Assembly: GCA_963719225.1 (NCBI GenBank)
Contig: CAVRAY010000001.1
Location: 2,848,001 to 2,912,000 of the forward strand
DNA: 64,000 nt
Reading direction: 5' to 3'
Source: Thermoanaerobaculia bacterium
GTDB taxonomy: Bacteria; Acidobacteriota; Thermoanaerobaculia; UBA5066
A program made the translations under genes and the position numbers. Numbering within the stretch: position 1 is the stretch's first letter; every line of letters starts with the position of its first letter. Below the pieces are notes generated by a model that saw nothing but the letters and a program-made list of their open reading frames with translations, searched no databases and was not told the origin of the DNA. Shown one piece after another: positions 9,428 to 19,223 of the stretch.

Positions 9428-9925
9428 ATGGTCATGAATGCCGGCCCGAACCCCTCTCCCGAAGAGCCGAAGGGCCCGGCGGGAAGGACGCGGCTGCCCT
9501 GGAGCCGATCCGAGGCCTTGCGCTTCTGGATGGTCGCCGTCGCGACGACGGCTCTTCTCGAAACCGCGGTCGTCGCCTTGGGCGTGGCGTTTCCGGCCGC
9601 TTCGGCGCCGCCCCAGCAGACCGTCCGAGTCCTCGCGCTTGCGGCCCTCCTCCCGATTCTGTTTCTCTCCCTCGCGCGCTTCGCGGAAAAGAAATATCAG
9701 CGGCGCCCGACGAAGGCCTTCCAGATCTCGCAATTCGGGTTTTATCTCGTCGGGACCGCGCTCGTCAGCGCGGGCTTCGTGAGGCATCGGGCCAACCTCG
9801 ACCCGTCTCTCCCGCTGCTTTTCGCAGGAGAGGTTCTCCTCGGCGCCGCCGCGCTTCTCCTCGCCGCGTGGATCGTGAGCGTGCTCCTCTGCACACCCAC
9901 GAAAGACACCCTCACGATTCCCTGA
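9428..9925 (+). CDS. Hypothetical membrane protein (about 4 TM)
   Basis: Four hydrophobic segments; fills the gap after recA. Confidence 0.7.
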   Translation: MVMNAGPNPSPEEPKGPAGRTRLPWSRSEALRFWMVAVATTALLETAVVALGVAFPAASAPPQQTVRVLALAALLPILFLSLARFAEKKYQRRPTKAFQISQFGFYLVGTALVSAGFVRHRANLDPSLPLLFAGEVLLGAAALLLAAWIVSVLLCTPTKDTLTIP

Positions 9926-9964
9926 CCCGACGTCCCACGGCGGGCACCCGTAGAATCCGTGCTG

Positions 9965-12900
9965 ATGCGGCGGGGCCGAGCGCTCTCCTTCCTTCTCCGG
10001 CTCCTGCCGATCGCGGCCATGGGGCTGACGGTCCCGGCCCGCGCCGCTTCATCTCCGACCACGCTTTCTGCCTGGTTGAAGATCGTTCCAGGAGCCGCCC
10101 GCATCGGGCGGCTCACCTCCCTCGCCGCCGCCCCGCTCTCGCCAAACGCGCCCGGTCTCCTCCTGAAGCTCGACTCGGAAGGTTGGAAGCCCGGCAATGC
10201 CGCCGCGCGGGACGCGGTTCGCGCTCTGGCCAGGGAAGCGCATCGCCGGGGCTGGCGGTGGGGCCTCTCGCTCGAGCTGCCGGACGTGACGATTCCGGCG
10301 GATGTGCGCGCCGCCGAGGCGGCCACCGTCGAAGAGCTGTGGCCCGGACTCGGAGAGATTCTCAGGGTCGCAAAGGATGCGGACCTCGTCGCGATCGACT
10401 TCCAATACACGAGGGTTCCGGGAATTCATGACTTCGGGCACCCTCAGGAAGGCACATTCGACCCGAAGGCGCGGGCCTATTTGCTTAGAAAGGTAGCTGC
10501 GGGTGCGCGCGCGGCAGCCCCCCAAGCGCGTCTCGTCCTCGCCGCCGGTCCCCTCGCGAGAGGCGAACTTTTCCCCGCCGACGTCCGCAAACTCCTTTCA
10601 GAAGAAAATACCGCGTATTTCGACTTCGTCGGCGCGACCCCTCTCGCGTCGCCAAAACCCGGCGAAGTCCGAGTGGCGATCGATGACGTCGCCTTCGGCA
10701 AGCCCGCTCTCGTCGACCTCGATTCCTCCGGAGTCCGCTCCCCTGCGGACCTCCTCGCCGCCGCCGCGCGCCTCGCGCCGGAGAACGTCCCGTTCGTCGT
10801 CGCGAGCCCGGCGTGGGATCCCTCGAGGGACGCCGCCCTCGAGCGCCTCGCACGCCTCCTCGACGGCGATTTCGGGCCCGATTCCCGCGCGGCGACGGCC
10901 TCGGCGGCGGGCGGCGAAGCCCTCGACGTCTTCCGATTCGTCGAGAGAGCCGATCTCGGCGGCGTCGTCCTGGTCCCGGGGACCTCGCCGGCGGCGGGCC
11001 TCCCGTCCGGCACCTTCACGCTGACCCTCGACGAGACGGCATACGCCTCGGCCGAAGTCTTCGAGCTTGCGACCGGCGCCTCGAAAAAATTCGAAGTTCC
11101 CGCCCGCTCCGTCCCGGCCCGTCTCTCGCTCTCTCTCGGAAACGGCCCTCTCGGCGTGCGTCTCCTCGCCCGGGAAAAGCTCCCTTCGGAGGCCGCGAAG
11201 GCCGCTGTCGGCGTCGCCGTGACTCGCGGCATCACGGCCGACGAGATCCTCGCGAAACATCAGGCGTGGCGCGCCGCCCGCGACTCACGGTGGAAGACGC
11301 TCACGGCGCGGAGCACGATGTCGATGCGTTTTCGCTTCGCGGAATTGAACAACACGTTCGACCTCGCGCTCGCGGGGCCGTTCTTCTACGAAAAAGGCGG
11401 CAGCTACGACTGGGCCTGGAGCGAGGCGTACTTCAACGGCGTGCGCTGGAAAGGGAAGAAGATCCCCGAGCTGCCTCTCCTGCAGCCCGAGAAGGTCTCG
11501 GACATGCCGCTCGCCCTGACCTTCGACGACGCCTACGCCTACACGCTCGCGGGGCAGGACACCGTGAACGGCATCCCCTGCTGGGCGCTCGATTTCACGC
11601 CTCGCGCCGCGGCCTCCGACAAGCCTCTCTACGCCGGAACGGTCTGGGTCGCCAAGGCGGACTTCGCGGCAATCCGGACGCGCACGCGCCAGCTCAACCT
11701 CACGGCCGAGATCCAGGCCGTGGACGAGATCTCGGATTTCGGCGAGGTGCCCGCTCCCGACGGCGGGCCTCCTCTTCGCCTCCCCACGCACACGACCGGA
11801 CAGTGGATTCTCAAGACGTTTTCGCGAACCACCGTGATCGAGCGGGAGAGCACGCTTTCGAACGTGCGGCTCGATCCCCCGGGGTTCGTCGCCGAGCGTC
11901 AGGCGGCCTTCGCCTCGCCGGACGTCATGGTGCGGGACACCGAGAAGGGCGTGCGGTATCTCGAGAAGACGAAGGAAGGCGGGCGCGTCGTCACCTCCGA
12001 TACGAAGCGCACGCATCTGTTCGGTCTCGGCGGTGTCTTCTACGACAGCTCGTTCGATTACCCCCTCCCCCTTCTCGGCGTGTATTACGTCGACCTCGAC
12101 TTTCACAAGAGGCACGAGCAGCTGCAGGTTTTTTTCGGTGGGGTCCTCCTCGCCGCCTCGTACAACCAGCCGCGCCTCTTCGGGACGGCCATCGATGCAG
12201 GCATCGACGTCTTCGGCATCGCGATCCGGGGATCGGACGCGCTGTTCGTGGACGGGACGGAGGACAAGCTCCAGCGTGTGAAGTCGCGCTCGTTCGCGGG
12301 GAGCTTCAAGGCGGGCATTCCCCTCGGGCGGCACGTGAAGCTGTCGGCGACGCTCGGCGAGACCCATCGCGACTTCGCCGCCGACGACACGGAGACGTCG
12401 CCCGCGTTCGTCGTTCCGTCCGACCACTGGGTCACGCGGCTCGAGGGGCAGGCCGTCTGGGACCTCCGCGGATGGGCGCTCTCCGGACGGTACGCATGGA
12501 ACAGGCGCTCGCGCTGGGATCCGTGGGGCCCCGCCGGCAACCCGGACTACGCCCCGGGCAAGGACGAGTACCGTACGTATTCCCTCCAGCTCTCCAAGGA
12601 CTTTCACCTCCCGCGCTTCCAGCGCATTCAGGCGTCTCTTTCGTATCTCGGCTCGGACAACACGGACCGCTTCTCCAAGTACAGCTTCGGGTTCTTCGGC
12701 GGAACATCCCTGCGGGGCTTCCGCTCGGGTGCGCTGCGGGCCGAGGAGGCCGTCACGTCGAGGTTCGCCTACGGATACGTCTTCGGCGACGTCCTGCGCC
12801 TCGAGGTCGTCTACGACGACGCGCGCGTCAAGGACCTCGCGGCCGGGCTCGACTGGGCCTACTTCAGCGGAGCGGGCCTCTCGGGCGAGGTGCCCGGCCC

Positions 12901-13003
12901 CTGGTCCACGCTCGTTCGATTCGACGCCGGGACGCCCGTCGCCGGCCGCAACCGCGGCCAGACCGGCTTCGTCGTGAGCCTCACGTTTCTGAAGATCTTC
13001 TAA
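9965..13003 (+). CDS. Large outer-membrane protein: signal peptide, unknown N-domain, LolA-like/sorting domain, C-terminal Omp85-like beta-barrel
   Basis: Signal peptide; YTLAGQDTVNGIPCWALDFTP...GTVWV segment; amphipathic strands, GGTSLRGF and terminal Phe. Confidence 0.7.
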   Translation: MRRGRALSFLLRLLPIAAMGLTVPARAASSPTTLSAWLKIVPGAARIGRLTSLAAAPLSPNAPGLLLKLDSEGWKPGNAAARDAVRALAREAHRRGWRWGLSLELPDVTIPADVRAAEAATVEELWPGLGEILRVAKDADLVAIDFQYTRVPGIHDFGHPQEGTFDPKARAYLLRKVAAGARAAAPQARLVLAAGPLARGELFPADVRKLLSEENTAYFDFVGATPLASPKPGEVRVAIDDVAFGKPALVDLDSSGVRSPADLLAAAARLAPENVPFVVASPAWDPSRDAALERLARLLDGDFGPDSRAATASAAGGEALDVFRFVERADLGGVVLVPGTSPAAGLPSGTFTLTLDETAYASAEVFELATGASKKFEVPARSVPARLSLSLGNGPLGVRLLAREKLPSEAAKAAVGVAVTRGITADEILAKHQAWRAARDSRWKTLTARSTMSMRFRFAELNNTFDLALAGPFFYEKGGSYDWAWSEAYFNGVRWKGKKIPELPLLQPEKVSDMPLALTFDDAYAYTLAGQDTVNGIPCWALDFTPRAAASDKPLYAGTVWVAKADFAAIRTRTRQLNLTAEIQAVDEISDFGEVPAPDGGPPLRLPTHTTGQWILKTFSRTTVIERESTLSNVRLDPPGFVAERQAAFASPDVMVRDTEKGVRYLEKTKEGGRVVTSDTKRTHLFGLGGVFYDSSFDYPLPLLGVYYVDLDFHKRHEQLQVFFGGVLLAASYNQPRLFGTAIDAGIDVFGIAIRGSDALFVDGTEDKLQRVKSRSFAGSFKAGIPLGRHVKLSATLGETHRDFAADDTETSPAFVVPSDHWVTRLEGQAVWDLRGWALSGRYAWNRRSRWDPWGPAGNPDYAPGKDEYRTYSLQLSKDFHLPRFQRIQASLSYLGSDNTDRFSKYSFGFFGGTSLRGFRSGALRAEEAVTSRFAYGYVFGDVLRLEVVYDDARVKDLAAGLDWAYFSGAGLSGEVPGPWSTLVRFDAGTPVAGRNRGQTGFVVSLTFLKIF

Positions 13004-14484
13004 CGAAGCAGCAGGCAGTGAACGCCGCCCTCGCCGCTCGGGAAGAGCGCGACGGGGACGACGGACAGACCGTTCGCCTCGTAAAGCGCCCGCTGCCCGT
13101 CGAAGAGCGGGTTCGGGCTCGTGGCCGCCTCGTCGATCTCGCGCCATGCATCCCGAAGGCTCGCGTCGAGACTCGCGAACGCCGTTTCCGTGGGGGCGGT
13201 CTCCCACGCGTCGAGGCGTCCCTGCAGGGTGAAGAGCGCGTCCTGCAGCTGCGCCATCGCGCTCCTGACTCCCGGCGCCGGAGGCCGGTGCTCCGGGTAG
13301 CGAGCGAGGAGCACGACGGGCCTGCCCGAGGTCGCGTCGATGAACTTGCTCACGTTCACCGGCGAGCGTACCGGATGGTCTTCGAACGGGAGGCGCACGA
13401 CGCGGTAGCCGCGCGCCTCCATCTGGCTCGCGACGAGGTCGTACTCCTTCTGGACGTCCCGGACGAACGCCTCGGGAAGGGCCTCCCGCGAGTTCGCGTC
13501 GACGGGAGCCTTTTCGTATGTCGGCACGAACGCGACCGTCTCGGTGAGGTTCCGCATGGCCGCGACCGCCATGTCCGCGTGGAACAGCTCCTCGCTCCCC
13601 CGCGACGGGTCGCGGAGCGCGCCCTCTCCGAGGATCAGCACTTCGACGCCGAAGAAGGCCGACGAGAACGCGCGCCGGACTTCCTCGATCTGCTCCGTCG
13701 TCATCGGACGTCCGACGAGGGATTTTCCGTCGCGCCTTTCGAGATAGCGGATCGCGCGATGACGGCCGACGAGGAGCCCGATCGAGCCGTCGGGAAGCCA
13801 GCTCAAAGCGAGGTCGCCGCCTTCCGTATTGATGTCGCCGACGTGGACGCCGCGGAGCCGGCACACGGAAAAGTCGCCGGGAAAGGCCTTCGAGATCCGC
13901 TCGACCGGCTCGGCATACGTGGGATCCGTGTCACCGCCGACGCCGAGGACGAGCCGGCCGGCGCGGTCGTGACCCAGGATCTCCGCCATGTCCTGCGGAT
14001 AGGGGAGCGGTCGCGACACGCGGAAAAACCTCGTCCGCGCCTGGATCGTCGCCTGCGTCCAGCCGTGGCGCGTCGCCAGGTACGCACGGAAATCAGCCTC
14101 TTCCTCGCCCGAAGCCTCGGGGACCGTCGCCGGGTCGGGCACGGCCACGAAGAACGTCGCGTAGGCCGGCAGCACCTTCATGCTGTCTCCCTGCAGGAGC
14201 TCGAAGTCGAGGGCATAGAGCCGGCGCCTGAGGTCCACGATCCGCGGATCGGTCGCGCCGCGCAGAGGATTCCGGCCGGACGCTCCGTGGGGGCGGAGGC
14301 CGATCACCACGCGCGCGAACGGCCGTTCCGACTCCGGCAGGAGGACGAGATCCTGTCCGGCGATTTCGATCGGCCTGAAGCGCGAGGAGAGCGCCGGAGG
14401 CTTCGGGGCGAGAAAGATCGCGAGCGCGGCGGCGCCGGCGAGCGCCGCGATGCTGCCGAGAACCGCGACGCGGTGTCCTTTCAT
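13000..14484 (-). CDS. Exported pentein-superfamily (agmatine/peptidyl-arginine deiminase-like) protein
   Basis: N-terminal signal/anchor; YPQD, EGGD, FHADM and C-terminal GEGGVHC motifs. Confidence 0.65.
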   Translation of the reverse strand: MKGHRVAVLGSIAALAGAAALAIFLAPKPPALSSRFRPIEIAGQDLVLLPESERPFARVVIGLRPHGASGRNPLRGATDPRIVDLRRRLYALDFELLQGDSMKVLPAYATFFVAVPDPATVPEASGEEEADFRAYLATRHGWTQATIQARTRFFRVSRPLPYPQDMAEILGHDRAGRLVLGVGGDTDPTYAEPVERISKAFPGDFSVCRLRGVHVGDINTEGGDLALSWLPDGSIGLLVGRHRAIRYLERRDGKSLVGRPMTTEQIEEVRRAFSSAFFGVEVLILGEGALRDPSRGSEELFHADMAVAAMRNLTETVAFVPTYEKAPVDANSREALPEAFVRDVQKEYDLVASQMEARGYRVVRLPFEDHPVRSPVNVSKFIDATSGRPVVLLARYPEHRPPAPGVRSAMAQLQDALFTLQGRLDAWETAPTETAFASLDASLRDAWREIDEAATSPNPLFDGQRALYEANGLSVVPVALFPSGEGGVHCLLLR

Positions 14485-14541
14485 CAGCCCGTTCCGACCG
14501 TGAGGATCAGTCTACGCCGCGACCCGTACAATCCCGGCGCG

Positions 14542-15138
14542 ATGCGCCGCCTGCTCCTCGCCCTTTTCGTTCTGCTCGCGTTCGTTCCCGGCGCTCGCGC
14601 GCGCGGCGCGGGATGGTCGCTCGCGGACGAGAGGCGGATGGCCGCCGACGCGGCTTCCTTCGCGCCTCCGGATTTCAAGCGCCAGCTCGCCAGGCACTCG
14701 CGGCGCCTCATGCAGGGCGTGAGCGACGCGGCTGCCGCCGAGACCGGTGCCCGCACGGCTGCAGCCCATCGCGTCGCGGCGGGCCGCGGCGCGCGCGCGC
14801 TGGCGGAATCGATCCGCCGTCACACGCCCTTCGACGAGATCGCCTACCAGGCCGGGGGGATCGTCCACGAGCTCGCACGGGCGTTCCCTCCGCCGCCAGC
14901 GCCGGCCGCGGACGTATCGGCGGGCGCCCGCTTCCTCGGCTTCCCCGTGGAGACCTTCGCGGCCCCCGAGAAGCTCGTGTCGGACGCGTTGCCCTCCGGC
15001 ACGGCGCGCGAATGCTACGACGCGTCCGTCACCCTCACGGCGAGGCTCCTCGCCTGGATCTGGAAGACCGCCGGTGGCGACGCTTCTTCCGTCGCGCGGT
15101 ACCCCTTCTCGAAAGGACCTTACGTCGTTCGTGAGTGA
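14542..15138 (+). CDS. Hypothetical secreted protein (remote S1-P1/phospholipase C-like)
   Basis: MRRLLLALFVLLAFVPGARA signal peptide; TACAAT 9 nt upstream; overlaps the purH start. Confidence 0.65.
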   Translation: MRRLLLALFVLLAFVPGARARGAGWSLADERRMAADAASFAPPDFKRQLARHSRRLMQGVSDAAAAETGARTAAAHRVAAGRGARALAESIRRHTPFDEIAYQAGGIVHELARAFPPPPAPAADVSAGARFLGFPVETFAAPEKLVSDALPSGTARECYDASVTLTARLLAWIWKTAGGDASSVARYPFSKGPYVVRE

Positions 15139-16672
15139 CCGCCTCGCCCTCCTCTCCGTCTCCGAGCGCAGCGGCCTCGTCGAATTCGCGCGCGTTCTCG
15201 CCGGACTGGGCTTCGGACTCGTCTCGACAGGCGGCACGGCGGCGCATCTCGCGGCCGCGGGTCTCGGCGTCACCAACGTCTCGGATCTCACCGGTTTCCC
15301 CGAGGTCTTCGGGGGTCGCGTGAAGACGCTCCATCCCAGGCTTTTCGGCGGCATCCTGTTCGACCGTTCCGAGGAACGGGACCGCGTCGAAGCCTCCGCG
15401 CACGGCGCCTCGCCCATCGATCTCGTCGTCGTGAATCTCTACCCGTTCGAGGAAGCCGTCGCCAGAGAGAACGTGGACTTTCGCGAGGCCATCGAGAAGA
15501 TCGACGTCGGCGGCCCCTCGCTGCTGCGCGCGGCCGCGAAGAACCACGCCCATGTCGGAGCCGTATGCGATCCCCGGGACTACGCCGCCGTCGCCGAAGA
15601 GCTGACGAAGAGCGGTGGGACCCTCAGCGACGTGACGCGCAGGCGTCTGGCCGCGAAGGTTTTCCGGCGCACCGCAGCCTACGACGCCGCGATCGCCCGC
15701 TGGTTCTCGGGAGAGACGGGTGAAAAGTTTCCCGAACTCCTGTCGCTCTCCTTCTCGCTCGGAGCACCGCTGCGCTACGGCGAAAACCCGCACCAGAAGG
15801 CGTCGCTCTACGTGGATTCCGCAGCCGGGCCTCCCGCTCTTTCGCGCCACCGGTTCATGCAGGGGAAAGAGCTCTCGTACAACAACTTCCTCGACGCGGA
15901 CGCGGCGCTCTACACGTCGCGCGTCGTGGGACCCAACGCGCTCACGATCGTGAAGCACCGCGTCCCCTCGGGCGTCGCCACGGGGGACACGATGGCCGAG
16001 GCGTTCGAGGCCGCCTGGGCTTCCGATCCCGTCTCGGGCTTCGGCGGCGTCGTCGCGTACACGGGCACGCTGGACGCCGGGGCGGCGACCACGATCACGT
16101 CGCGCTTCCTCGAAGTCATCGTCGCGCACGAGGTGACGGACGGGGCAAAGCCGGTCCTCGCCGGGAAACCGAATCTCCGCGTCCTGACCGTCTCGCCGGA
16201 AAGAGACGCCCGCCCTCGCCTCGAAGTTCGGGCCATCGACGGCGGACTCCTCGTCCAGGAAGGCGATCTCGCTCCCGACGAGCCGTCGGAATGGAAGGTC
16301 GTCACGAAACGGGTGCCGGACGATTCCGAAAGGCGCGCGCTCTCGTTCGCGAACCGCGTTCTCCGCGGAGTCGTCTCGAACGGCATCGTCGTGGCAGGCG
16401 AGACCGCGACGTACGGCATCGGCGGCGGGCGGACGAGCCGCGTGGACGCGTGCCGGGACGCCGTCGGCAAGGCCGGAGCGCGCGCGAACGGCGCGGTCGC
16501 GGCCTCGGACGCGTTCTTCCCTTTTCCGGACGGCCTCGAGGTGCTCGCGGCGGCGGGAGTGACGGCGATCGTCCAGCCGGGCGGCTCCGTGAGGGACGCC
16601 GCCGTCATCGCCGCTGCGGACGGCGCGGGGATTGCAATGATGTTCACGGGGAAGAGACATTTCAGACATTGA
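15131..16672 (+). CDS. purH: Bifunctional AICAR transformylase/IMP cyclohydrolase
   Basis: ALLSVS, STGGT, GRVKTLHP, LRYGENPHQ, GKELSYNN, SDAFFPF and RHFRH motifs. Confidence 0.98.
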   Translation: MSDRLALLSVSERSGLVEFARVLAGLGFGLVSTGGTAAHLAAAGLGVTNVSDLTGFPEVFGGRVKTLHPRLFGGILFDRSEERDRVEASAHGASPIDLVVVNLYPFEEAVARENVDFREAIEKIDVGGPSLLRAAAKNHAHVGAVCDPRDYAAVAEELTKSGGTLSDVTRRRLAAKVFRRTAAYDAAIARWFSGETGEKFPELLSLSFSLGAPLRYGENPHQKASLYVDSAAGPPALSRHRFMQGKELSYNNFLDADAALYTSRVVGPNALTIVKHRVPSGVATGDTMAEAFEAAWASDPVSGFGGVVAYTGTLDAGAATTITSRFLEVIVAHEVTDGAKPVLAGKPNLRVLTVSPERDARPRLEVRAIDGGLLVQEGDLAPDEPSEWKVVTKRVPDDSERRALSFANRVLRGVVSNGIVVAGETATYGIGGGRTSRVDACRDAVGKAGARANGAVAASDAFFPFPDGLEVLAAAGVTAIVQPGGSVRDAAVIAAADGAGIAMMFTGKRHFRH

Positions 16673-16680
16673 GAGAAGAA

Positions 16681-16710
16681 GAAGAGGAAGATTTTCTTAG
16701 AAAGTGAATG
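16681..16710 (+). repeat. Dispersed motif copy at the purH-lolA junction
   Basis: GAAGAGGAAGATTTTCTTAGAAAGTGAATG. Confidence 0.8.
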
Positions 16711-17405
16711 CATCCCCGAGCATCCCGACCGCGCGCCGTAGTTTGTTCGGCGTCGCCTTTCTCGCCTGCGTCTTCGCCTTCGAAGCACGGCCGGCGAAGC
16801 CGGCCGCAACGCCATCTCCTCCCGCCACGGCATCCCTCGACTCGCGATCCGTCCTCGCGAGCGTCCGAAAAGCCTATTCCTCCACTCCCTCCGTCGGCTG
16901 CACGTTCGTGCAGACGTACGCGCCCGCCGGGTTCGCGGAGACCGCGCCCGAGACCGGACGGCTCGTCCTGCAGGCGCCGGACCGCGTGCGCTTCGATTAC
17001 GACGGGCCGGAGGGAAAGGTCTTCACGTTCGACGGCAAGGCCGGCCGGCAGTACGTTGCGGCGGATCGGCAGCTCGTCGTGCGGAGCCTCAGCCCCGCGG
17101 AGATCGCGCGGTTGCCGATCGTGTTCCTGGAGAGCCCCGACGCGCTTCTCGCGCGCTACGCGGCGCGCGCGGCCGCGATCGACGCCGGCCTGACCGAGCT
17201 CACCCTCACCCCTCGCGCCGGCGGCGATCCGAAATCGATCACGCTTCTCGCTGCGGCTTCGGGAGAGGTGAAGAGGCTCGTCCTCGTGGATGCCTCGGGC
17301 AACCGCACGACGTTCACGTTCACGCAGAAGGTGCCCGGCCCGAAGCTCCCGGATACCGATTTCGCCCTCGTGCCGCCCGCGGGAACGAAGATCCTCTCGG
17401 AGTGA
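16704..17405 (+). CDS. lolA: Outer-membrane lipoprotein carrier LolA family protein
   Basis: Signal peptide; FVQTY, GRLVLQAPDRVRFDY, DASGNRTTFTF and F..PPAGT motifs. Confidence 0.8.
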   Translation: MNASPSIPTARRSLFGVAFLACVFAFEARPAKPAATPSPPATASLDSRSVLASVRKAYSSTPSVGCTFVQTYAPAGFAETAPETGRLVLQAPDRVRFDYDGPEGKVFTFDGKAGRQYVAADRQLVVRSLSPAEIARLPIVFLESPDALLARYAARAAAIDAGLTELTLTPRAGGDPKSITLLAAASGEVKRLVLVDASGNRTTFTFTQKVPGPKLPDTDFALVPPAGTKILSE

Positions 17406-17408
17406 GCC

Positions 17409-17900
17409 ATGGCCGAACCCACATTCGACGTCGTCTCGGAAGTCAACCTGCCCGAGGTCGCGAACGCGGTCTCGCAGGCCAGGAAGGAAGTCGCGCAGCG
17501 CTTCGACCTGAAGGGCACCGCGGCCGGAATCGAGCAGAACGACAAGGAGCTCACGCTCACCGCGAACGACGAGTTCGGCCTGAAGGCCGTGACGGATCTC
17601 CTCCAGACGAAGCTCGCGAAGCGTGGAGTCTCCCTGAAGGCCCTCGACTACGGCCCGATCGAACCCGCGTCCAAGGGCACGGTGCGACAGCTCGTGACGA
17701 TTCGCCAGGGCATCTCCTCGGACAAGGCGCGCGAGATCGTCAAGGCCATCAAGGACAGCAAGCTGAAGGTGCAGGTCGCGATCCAGGGCGAGCAGCTGCG
17801 GGTCTCGGGGAAGAAGAAAGACGACCTGCAGGCCGCCATCTCCCTGATCCGCGGGGCGGACTTCGGTATCCCCCTCCAGTTCACGAATTTCCGCGGCTGA
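17409..17900 (+). CDS. yajQ: YajQ family nucleotide/c-di-GMP-binding protein
   Basis: FDVVSEV, RFDLKG, IQGEQLRVSGKKKDDLQ and LQFTNFR motifs. Confidence 0.95.
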   Translation: MAEPTFDVVSEVNLPEVANAVSQARKEVAQRFDLKGTAAGIEQNDKELTLTANDEFGLKAVTDLLQTKLAKRGVSLKALDYGPIEPASKGTVRQLVTIRQGISSDKAREIVKAIKDSKLKVQVAIQGEQLRVSGKKKDDLQAAISLIRGADFGIPLQFTNFRG

Positions 17901-17923
17901 CAGCGGTAAGATGCACCGCCGAG

Positions 17924-18982
17924 ATGAGCCAGACCTCGCTGAAAGACCGGCTGCTCGTCGCCACGCTCCCCGCCGACGAGAGGGAGAACGGGCGGCGCCT
18001 CCTCTCGGCTCTCGCGCCGATCGAAGGCAAGCTGAAGCTCGTCGAGGCCCGCCTCCAGGAGCGCACCCGCTCGGGCATTCCCACGATCTCCCTCATCGGC
18101 GACTACCTCGTCGAAGGCGGCGGCAAGAGGATCAGGCCCGCGCTCCTCCTTCTCGGCTCGCATCTCCTCGGGTGCGAAGGCGACCGGGACGTGAACTACG
18201 CGGCGATGATCGAGTTCATCCACACGGCGACGCTGGTGCACGACGACATCATCGACGACGCCGAGCTCAGGCGCGGCCGGCCGAGCGTGAACCGGCGGTG
18301 GGGGAACGAGCTGACCGTCCTCTTCGGCGACTTCCTGTACATGAAGTCCATGGAGATCGCGCTGGAGGAAGGGGACCTCAGGGTGCTGCGCCTTCTTTCG
18401 GACGTGACGCTCCGGATGACCGAAGGCGAGATCATCGGCGCCGAGCGGCGCGGGCTCCTCGACCTCACGCTCGAGGGCTATCTCGACATCGTGCGCCGCA
18501 AGACCGCCCTCCTCTTCGCGGGCGCCTGCAAGATCCCGTCGTTTCTCGTGACGGAAGCGTTCGGCGAGAGCCGCGAAGTCTGGGGCGAGCGCCTCTGGGA
18601 ATACGGAATGTCGCTCGGGATCGCTTTCCAGCTCCAGGACGACCTGCTCGACTACACCGCGAAGGAAGCGGACCTCGGCAAGCCCGTTCTTTCCGACCTC
18701 AGGGAGGGCAAGCTCACGCTGCCCCTGATCCTTTGCCTGCCGCACGCGACGCGGACCGAGCGCAAGCTCGTCGAGACCGTCGTGGCCGAGCAGGGCTTCG
18801 CTTCGGTCACGCCCGAACAGATTCTCGGGATCGTCCATCGCCTCGGCGCCCTCGAGCGCGCCCACGAGATGGTCGAGACCCACGCGGAGAGGGCCCGGGA
18901 AATCGCCTCCCTCTTCCCCGAAACGGCCTCGAGGGAGGGTTTTCTCCTCGCCGCCGAATACGCCGCAAATCGGCGTAAATAA
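17924..18982 (+). CDS. Polyprenyl diphosphate synthase (IspB-like)
   Basis: GGKRIRP, HTATLVHDDIID..LRRG and FQLQDDLLD motifs. Confidence 0.95.
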   Translation: MSQTSLKDRLLVATLPADERENGRRLLSALAPIEGKLKLVEARLQERTRSGIPTISLIGDYLVEGGGKRIRPALLLLGSHLLGCEGDRDVNYAAMIEFIHTATLVHDDIIDDAELRRGRPSVNRRWGNELTVLFGDFLYMKSMEIALEEGDLRVLRLLSDVTLRMTEGEIIGAERRGLLDLTLEGYLDIVRRKTALLFAGACKIPSFLVTEAFGESREVWGERLWEYGMSLGIAFQLQDDLLDYTAKEADLGKPVLSDLREGKLTLPLILCLPHATRTERKLVETVVAEQGFASVTPEQILGIVHRLGALERAHEMVETHAERAREIASLFPETASREGFLLAAEYAANRRK

Positions 18983-18990
18983 TTAGAAAT

Positions 18991-19114
18991 AGAAGATTTA
19001 ATTTCTTCGAATGAAAATAGGTTAAAGGCTAAGATTGCCTAATGATCGCCCCGCCATAGCCATCTGTACACCTAGGGCCCGAATTTAGTAAGGCACTTTC
19101 GAAGAAATCCCTTC
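18991..19114. repeat. Degenerate inverted pair of the dispersed motif in an AT-rich intergenic region
   Basis: ATTTCTTCGAATGAA (19001-19015) and CACTTTCGAAGAAATCCCTTC (19094-19114). Confidence 0.55.
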
Positions 19115-19223
19115 TTTTTTCTGGTTCTTATCTTGATTTCTACGATTTTAGGTTCTAAGCTCTCCCCAACATATCGTGGGTCACAGATCAGCTCCCACAA
19201 CCCGTGAACGGTCAGGAGAGCGA

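Noticed and set aside
10813-15138. 1441-aa plus-strand ORF
   Set aside because: Only the last 198 codons (from ATG 14542) look like a protein; the rest overlaps two better-supported genes.
19091-19106. Sigma54 promoter at AGGCAC
   Set aside because: There is no GC at the -12 position.
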